Part shown: one piece after another, positions 51,823 through 63,879 of the stretch | How positions within the stretch are numbered: position 1 is the stretch's first letter | Layout: each line of letters opens with the position of its first letter | NCBI RefSeq assembly: GCF_021028975.2 | Contig: NC_059428.1 | Location: 102,300,001-102,364,000 of the forward strand | Length of the DNA stretch: 64,000 nt | From: Sphaerodactylus townsendi | Lineage: Eukaryota | Direction of reading: 5' to 3' | Translations under genes and position numbers: made by a program | The notes under the pieces: generated by a model | What the model was told of the DNA's origin: nothing | The model's input: the letters and a program-made list of their open reading frames with translations, nothing else | Database searches by the model: none

Positions 51823-52330
51823 GACTTGACAACACACAGCGATTATTACTTTATTACATCCCTTTCGTAAATATCCAGTACCACTCAATAATGACAATGT
51901 GTGGTAACACACTGATTAATGGTTCAGACTGTTCATAAAACTTAAATAAGATCATGGCTTGTTGTATTACTAAGTTCTATGTTAATATATGCCGTGAAAA
52001 GTAAAAAAGAAAATTTGTTTTAAATTGTTCTGCAAGATTCCTTCCAAGTTCTGCCCCACAGAACCCACAAGCTGAGGTTATACTGAACTGCGGGAACAGC
52101 AATCCATAGCCAACCAGGAACAATGCCTCTGAGTTGTTCAGACTGGCAAGCAAACCTTATAAAGGCCAAAGAAAACCACATGACTTGCTCTGGCAAACTG
52201 GTATAAGGAGGCTTTCATTTGTTGACATGGCTGATTTTGCAGTTTTCTCCTTTATCCGGATCAGGATAGCATACACAGGCCAAATGCCCACCTGACATCT
52301 CTCACACTGCCAAATCAAGATCCCCCAAGG

Positions 52331-52461
52331 CACAGGTGTCAAACTCGTGGCCCTCCAGATGTTATGGACTACAGTTCCCATCATCCCCTGCCAGGCTACA
52401 CAACACTTTGCATCCCCTGCCAGTCCATAACATCTGGAGGGGCACGAGTTTGACACCTATG
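52331..52461. mobile_element. Palindromic hAT MITE
   Basis: CACAGGTGTCAAACTCGTG...CACGAGTTTGACACCTATG; TSD CCCCAAGG/CCCCAAAG. Confidence 0.9.
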
Positions 52462-55217
52462 CCCCAAAGGATCCAGTTCTGTATTTGTGATATCCAAACA
52501 GGGAAGCTCTGAACACTCCAGGAAGCAACATGATTACACAGCTGTTACCCATGGTTAACCTCATTTGGTATCACTAGCTAGGACAGCAAAGGGGAGAACA
52601 ATAAATTTCCTCTTGACTAGCACATTCCTCATATATTCTAAAACTAATTAGGTGCTGCATGCAGCTCCAGAGATACACTGTGATGGTGCCTACTCTTACA
52701 CGTCTCCATTACCCTAAAGGAGAGATTTCCATTACTCTACACCTTGGAGAAATAATGACTCAGTTTGTTCCTTCAATTGATTACTTACATCCGTGCAGAG
52801 GCTGGGGATGCTTTATACGTGACCCTCTACCTACAGAGTTGCATTTCAAATATGTACATTGCCACACAAACATGCTATTTAAGGTGGTTGGCAAAGATAG
52901 TGCATTTTTCATAAGAAGGTACCTTCTGTGATACTGTGTTATTTCATAGCTCCAGAAGAACTTGATTTAACATCAGATTGTCTTTTGGTTACAGAGGAAA
53001 ACTTAGGAAGCAGATAACACTTTTTTGTGCAAGGAATGTATCATTCAACTACTTATTCTCCAAACAGCATTATTCTGACTATGAAACATCTTCCAACAAC
53101 CTACTTACAACTATGTCTCAGACAGAATTCTTGTAGGGACATCTGTCCTCAGGAAGATGATAAGTAACAGTGGACAAGCCTCCATGAAAGGAAGCTCTGA
53201 TCTTTCCATGGAATAATAACCCCCACTGGGAATGCTTTCTGTTCAAATGGAAACTGCATGAACTCAGCATACCCTATCACTCACCTGAAAATCCATTGGA
53301 GGATTCAGGTGTTCGGTGGCAGATGAGAATGGGATTCTCAATAGATAAGACATGAAAAGTTGGAAAAAATGGATTCCCAAGACAGGGGGGTTAAAAGAAA
53401 ACTCCCTTCCAAAACATATGTAGCTTACATAAACTCACTTGAAATTAACAAAAGAAAACTCAGTCTCAAGATCTCAGTATCTTTAGCATCCTTGCATGGA
53501 AGAATGAACATGGTTAGGATGCTTATGCAAACCTAACATGAATAATATAATGCTGAGTCTGCTAAGGAAGAGAGGATCAGTGGAAAAAGACAGGGTGTCA
53601 TGAACACATTAAGCCAAACCATTTCAGGATGAATGTGGAACACAGCCACATGGCAGTTTGTGTCCTTGACACTGGCCAAGTAAGAATGAGGCAGCTTATG
53701 TTCTTGACAATGGCCAGCTCTGATGAGAAACAGCCTGCCTAGTTGCAATCTGGGTCCCTGCATCACCAATAGAATAAGGAAGATAATTAGAGACTTGAAT
53801 TAAAGCATTTTGGTTGTTATTGGGGCTTACTTGGGTATGTTAATCTGGGTTCCCACAGCAGGACCAAGTTGAAGAACATATTCTGGAGAACAGAATACTA
53901 AACTCTACTTTATTTATGATGCCATTTTCTCATTGTCAAGCCACAAATACCACAAGGCACTCTTTCCCTTTCCTAAGCACAACTACATACAAGGCATGGA
54001 CAAAGATACCTGGATAAAACCAACTGCAAAGCTCCATCATTTATCAAGCAGTGAACTCTACATTCAATGCAAAAATAAGACTCTTGTATTAAAATTGATC
54101 AATTCCTCTGGTGCCATTTCCTGCTGATCGGGTAGCAACATCTATTTCATCTTAAAATCAGTGGCCAACAATTTACATCAAACAGACAAATTTACAACTG
54201 TTTAAATCACACAGATCTTTAATAATGTTTTTTAAAAGGGCCACAACAGCAAAGTTAAAAAGCAAGCCAATGAAATGAAAACAGAACTGGAAAAAAGCAA
54301 ACTCCACTTGGTATTCAGGACTTGCTGTTCACTGCATGAAAGACATGTCAAAACAATGAACTGATGATTTAAACACATGCAGCATTTACAAGCAGCCCTG
54401 CTTGGATCACAACCCCAAAGGCAGCTACAATTATGATCTACAGCTCCTTAAAGTCCCACAGTGTCAGACTTGGCTACAGGGAGCCAGTCTAATGTTGCTT
54501 TAAAGGTCCATGAAAATAAACAATGTCACAGAAACATCAGCAATATCATTATGTCACACTGGTAGAAAGGTGCAAACACACCTAGGCAGGGAATGAATCT
54601 CAAATTGCAAAGTATTGTGTCGCATACAGTATATAACCTTTCAATTCTCTTGCTTCTATTTGGTGTACATAAGAAAACACCTTGTGTCAGCTCATTCATT
54701 CCTGTATAACAATACCTTGGGGAAAACAGGACTAAAAGACACACCAAGCCCACCATTTTTAAATTAACGATACTAAGGAAAAACAAATCACACAAAGCTG
54801 CAGCGATCCATTGCTTATCACGCTCTATTTCATTTTTAATGCAAAACCTGGCCCAGAACGATAGAAGCTTCTGCAAAGACAATAAACACAGACTATCTAC
54901 TTCTTTACCATTACTGTATCAATTATTTTAATTGTTTTTCTTAACTATGAATTTCTACCTTTGCACCTGGATCCAGATACTCAGCTTCACAGACCCAGAG
55001 TTCAGCTGCTTTGTGATTCCCCCATCCTATTTTTGGATGACCAAATTTGTCAGGAGGGCATATACAAACATAATTACACGTATCTTCTAATTATTAAGAT
55101 GTTTCAATCAAAACAGTCTTCTGGAAAAAGTTGATGCTAATCTGGAACTAGAATGGTGAGGGATAAATGTGTAATCAGAGGTAAGAATATTGCTAGTATA
55201 GATTGGGGGGGGGGGAA

Positions 55218-55423
55218 TTGCTATCAACTCATGGTACAACTTACGTAGATACCCATAGGGTTTTCAATGCAAGAGGCATTCACAGATGGCTTACCATTGT
55301 TTGCCTCTGTATAGCAACCCTGGACTTTTTTTGGTTTACCATCCAAGTGCCAATTAAGGCCAACACTGCTTAGCATCCAAGATACGATGAGATCAGGCTA
55401 GCCTGAGCTATCCAGCTCAGGGC
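55218..55423 (-). mobile_element. 5S rRNA-derived SINE
   Basis: Reverse complement of a 5S-like head (ccatccaagtg...tgcttagc...gagatcagg) plus Sauria-type tail. Confidence 0.75.
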
Positions 55424-55863
55424 AGTCTAGTTATACACTAAATAAAACAAGACATAAAGTGCCGCAAAGCCTATATTCCTGCATTACATGATTACTACAA
55501 AGCACCCAATTTCTGTACACAGATATAGATGCCAGCTGTTTACACTGTGTACCATATATGGAGTTTTTCTCAGTGGTCTGTTTTACTTATATTCTGATTC
55601 CTCACTCCATTTTTTATTAAAACCATAGAATAATTGTAATCTATGTTGTTTTTAATGCACTAGATTTTACAAAGAGAAAGACTGATAACTAGTTCATCAC
55701 CTAAACAGAACAACCTGCTGACTGCAATGCCAGGTTCATTCATCTCAGTACCTGCAGGCTCCCTGGGTTTCCATTCACAAGCCCTTGGATATCTGGCTGA
55801 GAACCAGAAGTGTAAAATGGGTTCTGTACCCACAGTTCCCCTTTCCCTAGCTAGCCACTAGTG

Positions 55864-55994
55864 CAGGGGTCTGCAACCTGAGGCTCTCCAGATGTTCATG
55901 GATTACAATTCCCATCAGCCCCTGATGGACTATAATTCCCATCAGCCCCTGCCAGTCCATGAACGTCTGGAGAGCTGCAGGTTGCAGACCCCTG
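55864..55994. mobile_element. Palindromic hAT MITE
   Basis: TIR CAGGGGTCTGCAACCTG; perfect TSD CACTAGTG (55856-55863, 55995-56002). Confidence 0.92.
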
Positions 55995-56797
55995 CACTAG
56001 TGGCACCCTAGCTAGCTACTGTTAGCGGAGTGGTCTGATGATGACACTAAGAGATCCTAGGCCTGAAGGAAAGAAATTGGAACATTCAGGATAAAAAAAC
56101 CATTTCCCCCCTCACAGACCTTTAAAAAAATTCCAACTGAAAAATCTGAAAATTTGAGAGAACGCTGAAAAAAATTGTTTTGAGGTTTTTTCTTTTTATG
56201 AAATACTTTCAATTTCTAAAAAACCCCCATTAATACTTTCAATTTCCATAAATACACCAAATATACTTTTTAATGCTAATGTTTATGCTGTGAAATCACT
56301 AACAGATGTTTCAGTTTGATAGGAAACTGAATATTGCATGTTTCCCCCAACATTTCCCCAAAATTTGGGGGGGGGGGGGTTGGGTTCTCAAAAGAAAACC
56401 ACAACACATTTTTTCTCACTTGGGCTTAAAAATTCCAAAAGTTTTTTTACATCTGCACATTAATCATAGCTAGTTTAATTAAATCTCGGTGCAAACCTGA
56501 ACAGAGTTATACCCTTGTAAGCCTATTAACTTCAATGACTCAGATGAATTCAGCTTTGTTTAGGATTGAACTGTCAGAAGTCTGATTTAGCCCAAAACCT
56601 TTTCGGATATCCACGTATATAACCAGTTCACCCTTATTTTCATGCATGTTAAACTGAGTTCAGCTGAGGATATTAACCAAAGTTCTGAAGCTACACATCC
56701 CAGAAAATCAGTGATTTGTGGGCAAGCTCTTTGTTAAGGAAGTTTGTCCTTTATTTTTCATTGCCTGTTGAGGAAGTCTGAGTAACCTTCTTGACAG

Positions 56798-56985
56798 TCA
56801 GTGTGATGTAGTAATTGGAGTGCCAGATTAGGATCTGGTATGTCCAGGTTCAAATCCTTATTCTACCATGGATGCTTGCAGGGACCTCAGGTTACCCTAC
56901 CTCACAGGATTGTTGTGAGGACAAAATTAAGGACAAGAGAAGCTGCTTTTGGCCTCCACTATGGAGAAAGGCAGGTATAAATACA
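56798..56985 (+). mobile_element. Old Squam3/MIR-like SINE
   Basis: tRNA-like head (ggttcaaatcc) and CORE segment ctacctcacaggattgttgtgagga. Confidence 0.7.
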
Positions 56986-59554
56986 CAAAGCAGTTTAAGA
57001 TTTTCTGAAACCCATTTCAAAAGCCTCTGGTCTACAATTTGACCTATCAACAGTCACTGTACTGCTAGAACTACTAAAGATGCTAACATTTTTAGGAGCT
57101 GTATCTTTTGAGGAACCAAAGACTGAGAGCACTGAGAAGGGATAACTGTACGCCGGTAAACAGAAAATATTTGTTCTTAATTGCCTCAAATCTGAGTGAA
57201 GCTTGACATGCATGAGGTGTCAAAAAAACATTCCAGCAACTGCAATTTTGGCCAATATTATTTAAAATGTATTAGTGAAATTTTATTCATAATAAATATG
57301 AAGAGACATCAAATGCAATACATTTGATGACAGACATGTTTTTAACCTTTGAATTAATCCCATGGGATAGTTTGTTGTGAGTGCTTTTGTCAGGAACTAG
57401 CAAGAATAATGAACATTTTAAGTAACTGTGATAGAAACAAAGCTGTCATGTGGTTTGCCTGCAATAAGATTCCCAAGACATTAAGATTGTCATCACAAAC
57501 AGAGCTGCATCCTTCTAGACTTGGTGACTTCAATGTTTTACAGCACTTAAAAGGCACTGAAATCAACAGTCAACAGAATAGAGATATGAACTTTAGAGGA
57601 AGTCAGGCTAATTTTTAAAAATGCAGCAAAAAGTTGTTTAACAAAACGCCATGTTCAACTATTACATGTAACATTAATTCTAAAGGTATTTCAGAAAAGA
57701 ACAAGAGGACATAACTGGAACTATGTCAGTTTGAGTACATATCAAAGAAAGGGGTAATTTACCCTTGAGATACAAACTGACTAGTTATATCATGGGGGAA
57801 AAATGAATTACCAAACAAGAGCTATATATTTCTAGTTCATCAAAATGTTCACAAACCTACATTAAAATCTTACACCAGCGTTATAGTATATGTTACCATG
57901 ATATAGTACACATTACTATTTTTTTCAAAGTACCAGCTTTAAAGTATCATTTTATTTGTTTTCATTCAGTTTTGTTATAATGTAATCTGTTCATGCCACT
58001 GTAGATACTGTGGGATGTATTTATAGATATATATAGATGTTTTAAATCAAGCTATGACAAGTGGCAGCACTGGCCAATATGTATTGTCAAATGCAGATCT
58101 CCCAAATTCAAATTTAATTTCCACTATGGATGTATTTTATGTCTCTAAGGAAGTTGATCTCTAAGCAAATATAATTCAACCTCTTTTGGGTAGGGCAGAA
58201 GCTGCATATACTACTATATATAGTATATATAGTATACATAAAGGTAGGACTCTTAGAGTGATCAGAACACCCAGAAAACAAGGGTTTCTGATAATGCAGA
58301 GAACCCCATAATATGCATGTTCTATTTACAAGGAACAGTATGTACTTTCCTAATTCACCTTTCCCCCCATAAATTCATCTTTTCCCCCATAAAACTAGAC
58401 AGCGTGAGGCTAATAATCAGTTTCTATTTCCATTTTTAAAAATAGATATACCTATCCTAATTGGGATGCTGTAAGTCACATTTGTTGATCATCTTAATAC
58501 AACATTTTTGCAAACAACAAAGCTGTATCATGGACTGCCCCATACGGGGTGGGGGGGACCCTCTCTGGAGCTGGCACAACCTTGCACCAGTGCAGGTTCG
58601 CAACCCACCAGTACAAGAGGTAAATGAACCAGCGGAGGGGCAACTTATTTGGGTGGCTGGACACAATTTTGGGTCTGTGATGTCTGATCTGGAAGCCACC
58701 ACTTACCCCTAGGCTCACAGGAAAAAAGCTGTGCCAGCATGGCCGGGGGGCGTTCCCGGGGGTGGGTGGGGTGAAGCCAACCTCAGTTGGCTTCCACTGC
58801 CCATCCAGCCCCTGTGCAGCCAGTGTTGGAGATATACCAATTTTGGGGGGATGTATCTTTGTTATCCCCTATGAGGGATTCTTGGAGGGGTATTTCCCTC
58901 ATGCTGCAGGGAAGCCCTTTGCAAAAGGTGGGATAGTGGTGGAGTGGTGCCATCGTCTCCTCTTCATCTACTCTGGATGGGACTGTAAGTTGTTCAATGA
59001 ATGTATATTTGGATTCCATCTAAAACTTCCATGGATGAGTTGCCATTTATAAAGCACAACTTCTCTCTCCTGCTGTAGCTCAAAATGCCCCTAAGAGACA
59101 GCAATTTCCCAGGAATACCTGGAGCTCTTCAGTGGAAGAGGATAATTGGCCAAAATCCTCTAAAACATTTTGGTGGGTCCAACTCTCAGTTTCACAGAAT
59201 CCTGAAGTGACTGGTTAGTGGACACACTACAGAAAAAGTTCTACTACTTTGTTTAGATGAAGAATGCCAAGATGAAAATTGTTAGTACCAAAAATGAATA
59301 GGAAAATATTATTCAAATATATGGTCCAGGGAAGCTTATATATCATTGGTTAGGCACTAGCCAAACCTCATTGGTTACAGCTTATATTATTTAAGTATGT
59401 AAGGCAATCAGAAAAGGCAGAAAAGGACCTTAAGTACCGCCACAAGCAGCCAAATTGGTGAGAAGTATTTTAAAAGACATCAATAAAGAACCTTCAAAAA
59501 CTGTAAATATTTGGAAACAAACAAGAGCAGAGAAAAAAAACAAACAAAAGGACA

Positions 59555-59830
59555 TCCCCAGGGCATTTCATTCTGTGGTGGCACCTTGGCTTGGAATTCT
59601 CTCTCTCCCCTTGAGGCTTGGCTAGCACCCACTTTACAGTCTTTTAGGCTCCAGGTCATACATTTTATCCAAGTTTTTTAATAGGGGTTTTGCCTTTCCA
59701 GCTTTTTAATGCTCTGCTTCTGGCCAAAGATCTGTTTTACAGACAGTTTTATGCTATTTATGTCCCCGGCCACAGCTGCCTCAAACGGGATGCTGAAGAG
59801 GAGACATAGAAACCTACTAAGTAAATAAAT
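59555..59830 (+). mobile_element. L2 LINE 3' end
   Basis: agggcatttcattctgtggtggcacc...tggaattctct, UTR, aaataaataa tail. Confidence 0.65.
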
Positions 59831-60906
59831 AATCACACCTTATTAAATCTGCAGGCTCATCTCAGTCAAATGCTTAACTTTGGAGAAGTCTTCTTCCAAA
59901 AATTATGTTCACGTAGCTTAATGGCTGTTTTTCAATGTCCTCAAGAATGGAACAAATTTCCATTATCCCTTCAAATTTCCATTATCCCATTATTTTGATA
60001 GAACACTGAGCCCACAATCAATTCCATCAGAAAAACTGCTATCCTGGCTTAATTTTAAAAAAAATATGTGATGCTGATTTAATCCTAAAAGGTAAAGAAA
60101 TATACATTTCTGAGCCAGATGTAATACATTCAGATACATATAGTTCACTCGCAATTATATTCAACCTTAGTACATTTCCCTGTCCTCCTTCCCCTTCCAG
60201 CACTACTGTTTGTCTTAATGTTGGTTTTAGATTGTAATCTGCTTTGGGACTAGGATATGTCTGTTTACAAAACTCCCAACCACACTGTATCAATAAGGTC
60301 TACAGAAAAGACATCCCTGTGCCTTTAAATAAAAACCTCACCCTGTACCTCTGTACTAGCATATTTTGGTTATCATTACAATGTTAGTCTTTAGGAACTT
60401 GTTTTAATCAGCATAGACGAAGAAGATAAAATCACCACACTACAATATCATCTGTTCTTTCAGAATGAATGTATTCTGAAATAACGCAAGATGTTCAAGT
60501 TTAGTAATTTTTGCTTCTGCTTGAACACTATAACTTTTGCTTCTGCGTGAACACTGTCAACATTCACTGATCAGTGTACAAACGCTCTCAGAAATTCACC
60601 CAAATGTGTCAATATAATAGCAGCATAATTCAATTTATCAGTCTGAGGAGAAAAATCTTGGTGTATTACCAACTTAGTTGATTTAGTTGATTAATTTTCT
60701 ATTTATACAAACCTTTCTTGTAGCTTGCTTCAAAATTCCAATCTTATTTTCCCCTAAATAGTCACTTTTAAAAATGTTTAATGTATCAAGACCATTTGAG
60801 AATAACAGAAAAAATAGCTAGATTGCAAGAATTAGTTCCCAAATCAGCAACCACACAGTCCATATAACTGACAGATTCAGTTTAACACTGTCCTTTGTAG
60901 AAAACT

Positions 60907-60948
60907 GGTTTCCTTGGAAACCGAATCATCACGTGGGTTAACCACGTG
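60907..60948. promoter_or_regulatory. Candidate enhancer: tandem canonical E-boxes plus palindromic TTCC/GGAA site
   Basis: CACGTG 60930-60935 and 60943-60948 (7-bp spacer); GGTTTCCTTGGAAACC at 60907-60922. Confidence 0.4.
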
Positions 60949-61427
60949 GAAAGGCATTTCTACAGAAAGATCCTCACTTACTTGGAAGACATTTATTAGG
61001 CACATGACCTAAACATCTTTTATCTTTTACAAAACTCCTCTAATCTCCCAACTCTAGAAGAAGTGTCTACATTGTTCAGAGTTGCTATTGGTTCAATTCT
61101 ATTTTAATCTAAGAGCTTCATACTGAATGTACACAAATTTTCTACTTCACAGAAATCAGGTTAACCAACTAGATAAGAAAGAAGGTTTAAAAGTTTACTC
61201 AGTCAGGATTTCTAGAGTGTTCTTGCATGTGATACAAACAGCCTGGTTCTGTGAAATGGTAACGAAGCAGTTTTCCTCATTCTACTTGGAAAATAACAAA
61301 TCACCTCCATTACCAAGGATGCCACAATGATTCAACAGCAGCACCTGCTGGACAGCAATGGTGTGTACATGAATTTTCAGACCATATCTCAGCCATTTAA
61401 AAGGGACCAAATATGTCAGTGCTGGGC

Positions 61428-61597
61428 TGTAGATCTCAGAAGATAAGCAAAGTTTTCCCTGGTTAGTACTTGGATGGGAGACTACCAAGGAAGTCCAGGG
61501 GTGTTAATAGAGGTAGCAAAGGCAAACCAAATCTGAACCCCTCTTGCCTTGAAAAGTCCACAGGGTGCACCATGACAGTTACCGGTAAACTTACAAA
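61428..61597 (+). mobile_element. 5S rRNA-derived SINE
   Basis: CCTGGTTAGTACTTGGATGGGAGAC matches the vertebrate 5S internal control region, followed by a Sauria-type body. Confidence 0.85.
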
Positions 61598-61600
61598 ACG

Positions 61601-61772
61601 NNNNNNNNNNNNNNNNNNNNNNNNNNNNNNNNNNNNNNNNNNNNNNNNNNNNNNNNNNNNNNNNNNNNNNNNNNNNNNNNNNNNNNNNNNNNNNNNNNNN
61701 NNNNNNNNNNNNNNNNNNNNNNNNNNNNNNNNNNNNNNNNNNNNNNNNNNNNNNNNNNNNNNNNNNNNNNNN
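61601..61772. other. Assembly gap (N run)
   Basis: 172 N. Confidence 1.
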
Positions 61773-62485
61773 CAATGCAAAATGCAGATTGTGCAAAGAA
61801 GCTGATGAAACTGTAGATCATGTCCTCAGCTGCTGCACAAACATTGCCCAGACTGAGTACAAACAGAGACACAGCTCAGTGGCCAAGATGATCCATTGGA
61901 ATTTATGCAAGAATTACAATATAAGAACAGCTACGAACTGGTGGGAACATTGTCCAGAGAAAGTAATGGAAAATGAGAAGGTCAAGATCCTGTGGGACTT
62001 TCGAATCCAAACGGACAAAGTGTTGAAACACAATACACCAGACATCACCATGATCGAGAACAAGAAAGTGAGCATCATCGACATAGCAGTCCCCGGTGAC
62101 AGCAGGGTCATTGAAAAAGAACACGAGAAAGTCACTAGATACCATGATTTGAAAATCGAGCTTCAGAGTCTATGGCACAAACCAGCTGAGGTCGTCCCAG
62201 TGGTAATTGGCACGCTGGGCGCCATCCCGAAAACACTAGGGCAGCACTTGAAACATCTTCAAATTGACAAAATTAACATTGGTCAAATTCAGAAGGCAAC
62301 TCTGCTGGGATCTGCACGAATACTACGCCGATACATTACAACCTCCTAGGCCTGTGGTTGAGGCTCGAATTGTAATGAAGGCCAACAACCAGCTAAAGAT
62401 CTGGCAGCTGTGAAATCTATAACAACCACCACCACCACCACCACAACAGCAACAACAATAACAATCATTATCAACATCATCATCA
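61773..62485 (+). mobile_element. R4/Dong-clade non-LTR retrotransposon 3' end (CCHC knuckle plus restriction-like endonuclease)
   Basis: Uninterrupted frame 61774-62349: CRLC-x7-H-x4-C, YKQRH, KILWDF, TPDI...IIDIAVP...EK; short 3'UTR and (CAA/CAC/TAA)n tail. Confidence 0.9.
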
Positions 62486-62574
62486 GGGACTTATTTTGGG
62501 ATATAACTTTTTTTCAGAAGTAGGAATGACCAATAATTTAAATGATTCTCTATCATTAATACAGTAAGTATTTT

Positions 62575-63210
62575 GTAGTGCATACCACAATTAAGTGGTG
62601 TTGGAGGAGAATTTTAGGGATACCACAGACTGCCAAAAAGACAAATAAATCAAATCAAGCCTCTATTCTCCCTAGAAGATAAAACGACTAAACTGAAGCT
62701 CTCTCAGAAACTCTCCCAGAAATTCACCCAAATGTGTCAATATAATAGCATTATACTTTGGTCGCATTATGAGAAGACAAGAGTCATTGGAAAAGAAAAT
62801 AACACTAGAAAAAGTTGTTATCTGTGCATGCACAGACAACACTCCTACCTTTTGAATTGCCAGCAGCAGAGATACTCTATGGGCTTGGCTGCCATGTCGG
62901 AAGAGCCAAGGAAGGGAGTCCCAAACGCTGCAGCCTCTCCTCATAGGGAAGGTGCTCCAGTCCCTCAATCATCCTTGTTGCCCTTCTCTGCACTTTTTCT
63001 ATCTCCTCAATATCCTTTTTGAGATGCGGCGACCAGAACTGGACACAGTACTCCAAGTGCGGTCGCACCACGGCTTTATATAAGGGCATGACAATCTTTG
63101 CAGTTTTATTCTCAATTCCTTTCCTAATTATCCCCAGGATGTTTTGGAGGTCATTAATTCACTAGACGCCATAAATTGGAAGTGACTTGACAACACTTAT
63201 ACACAAACAC
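62575..63210 (+). mobile_element. RTE-BovB 3' remnant, interrupted by several inserts
   Basis: WCWRRILGIP...YFGRIMRRQESLEK remnants; tail ggaagtgacttgacaacactta...cac. Confidence 0.8.
62916..63138 (-). mobile_element. Internal CR1 RT fragment without 3' end
   Basis: Closely similar to 37437-37657; translation VRPHLEYCVQFWSPHLKKDIEEIEKVQRRATRMI. Confidence 0.92.
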
Positions 63211-63879
63211 CACAACCAAAATAGCCTGGACAATTAAACAAATGTTGTAGCTAACAATTTAACTCTCAATAAATTAGGGAGAAGTTATTGTGCAGTATAT
63301 AAATATTCAAAGTGCTTTTCTTTCATTGTCTTATTGTAATTATCATAATCACCATTAAAATACTTTATTAATATACCAATATTGCAGATGGTGTGTAGAG
63401 AATATCAAAGAGCAAGTATGGGCCTGCAACTCATATGGGGGGAATCCCATCTCTCCCTTGCGGAGAGAATCTGATCCCCCCATCGCAGCTCCAGGCCTCC
63501 TCCCCTGCCCAGACCGCTCTCTTTGGCAGACTGTCCACAGCAAGGGAGCCAGCAGCAGCCCCCCTCCCAAGCACTGTGTGGTATGCGATCGGAGCGGGAG
63601 ATGGAATTTCCCCTCCCCTGTGAGTTTCATGGACCCCCACCTGGCAAGTCCGTGAGACAGCAGGACTTGGGGAGGGCAGAGGCCTTCCCATCCCCATTCA
63701 TAACAGCTCCTAGCCTCCATCCCACCTGAAGAGCAATGTTGCTGGTTTGCTGAAGCTCCCGGACTCCCCCCCTCCCAACACTGCAGAGACTACCATGGCT
63801 TCCAACCTCCATTCCACCTGAAAAGCAATGCTTCTGGGGCTGGAGTGGCTCTTCCGACATGGCAGCCAAGCCCATAGAG

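Noticed and set aside
51214-51912. 232-aa and 177-aa ORFs
   Set aside because: They lie in a GC-rich MITE bounded by a TSD; low-complexity translation with no domain
49565-53300. AG|GT recursive-splice-like sites near 49571 and 53286 on the minus strand
   Set aside because: Short or weak polypyrimidine tracts; such motifs occur by chance in 64 kb
61428-61500. 5S rRNA gene
   Set aside because: Only the internal control region is intact and it continues into a SINE body, so it is a 5S-derived SINE
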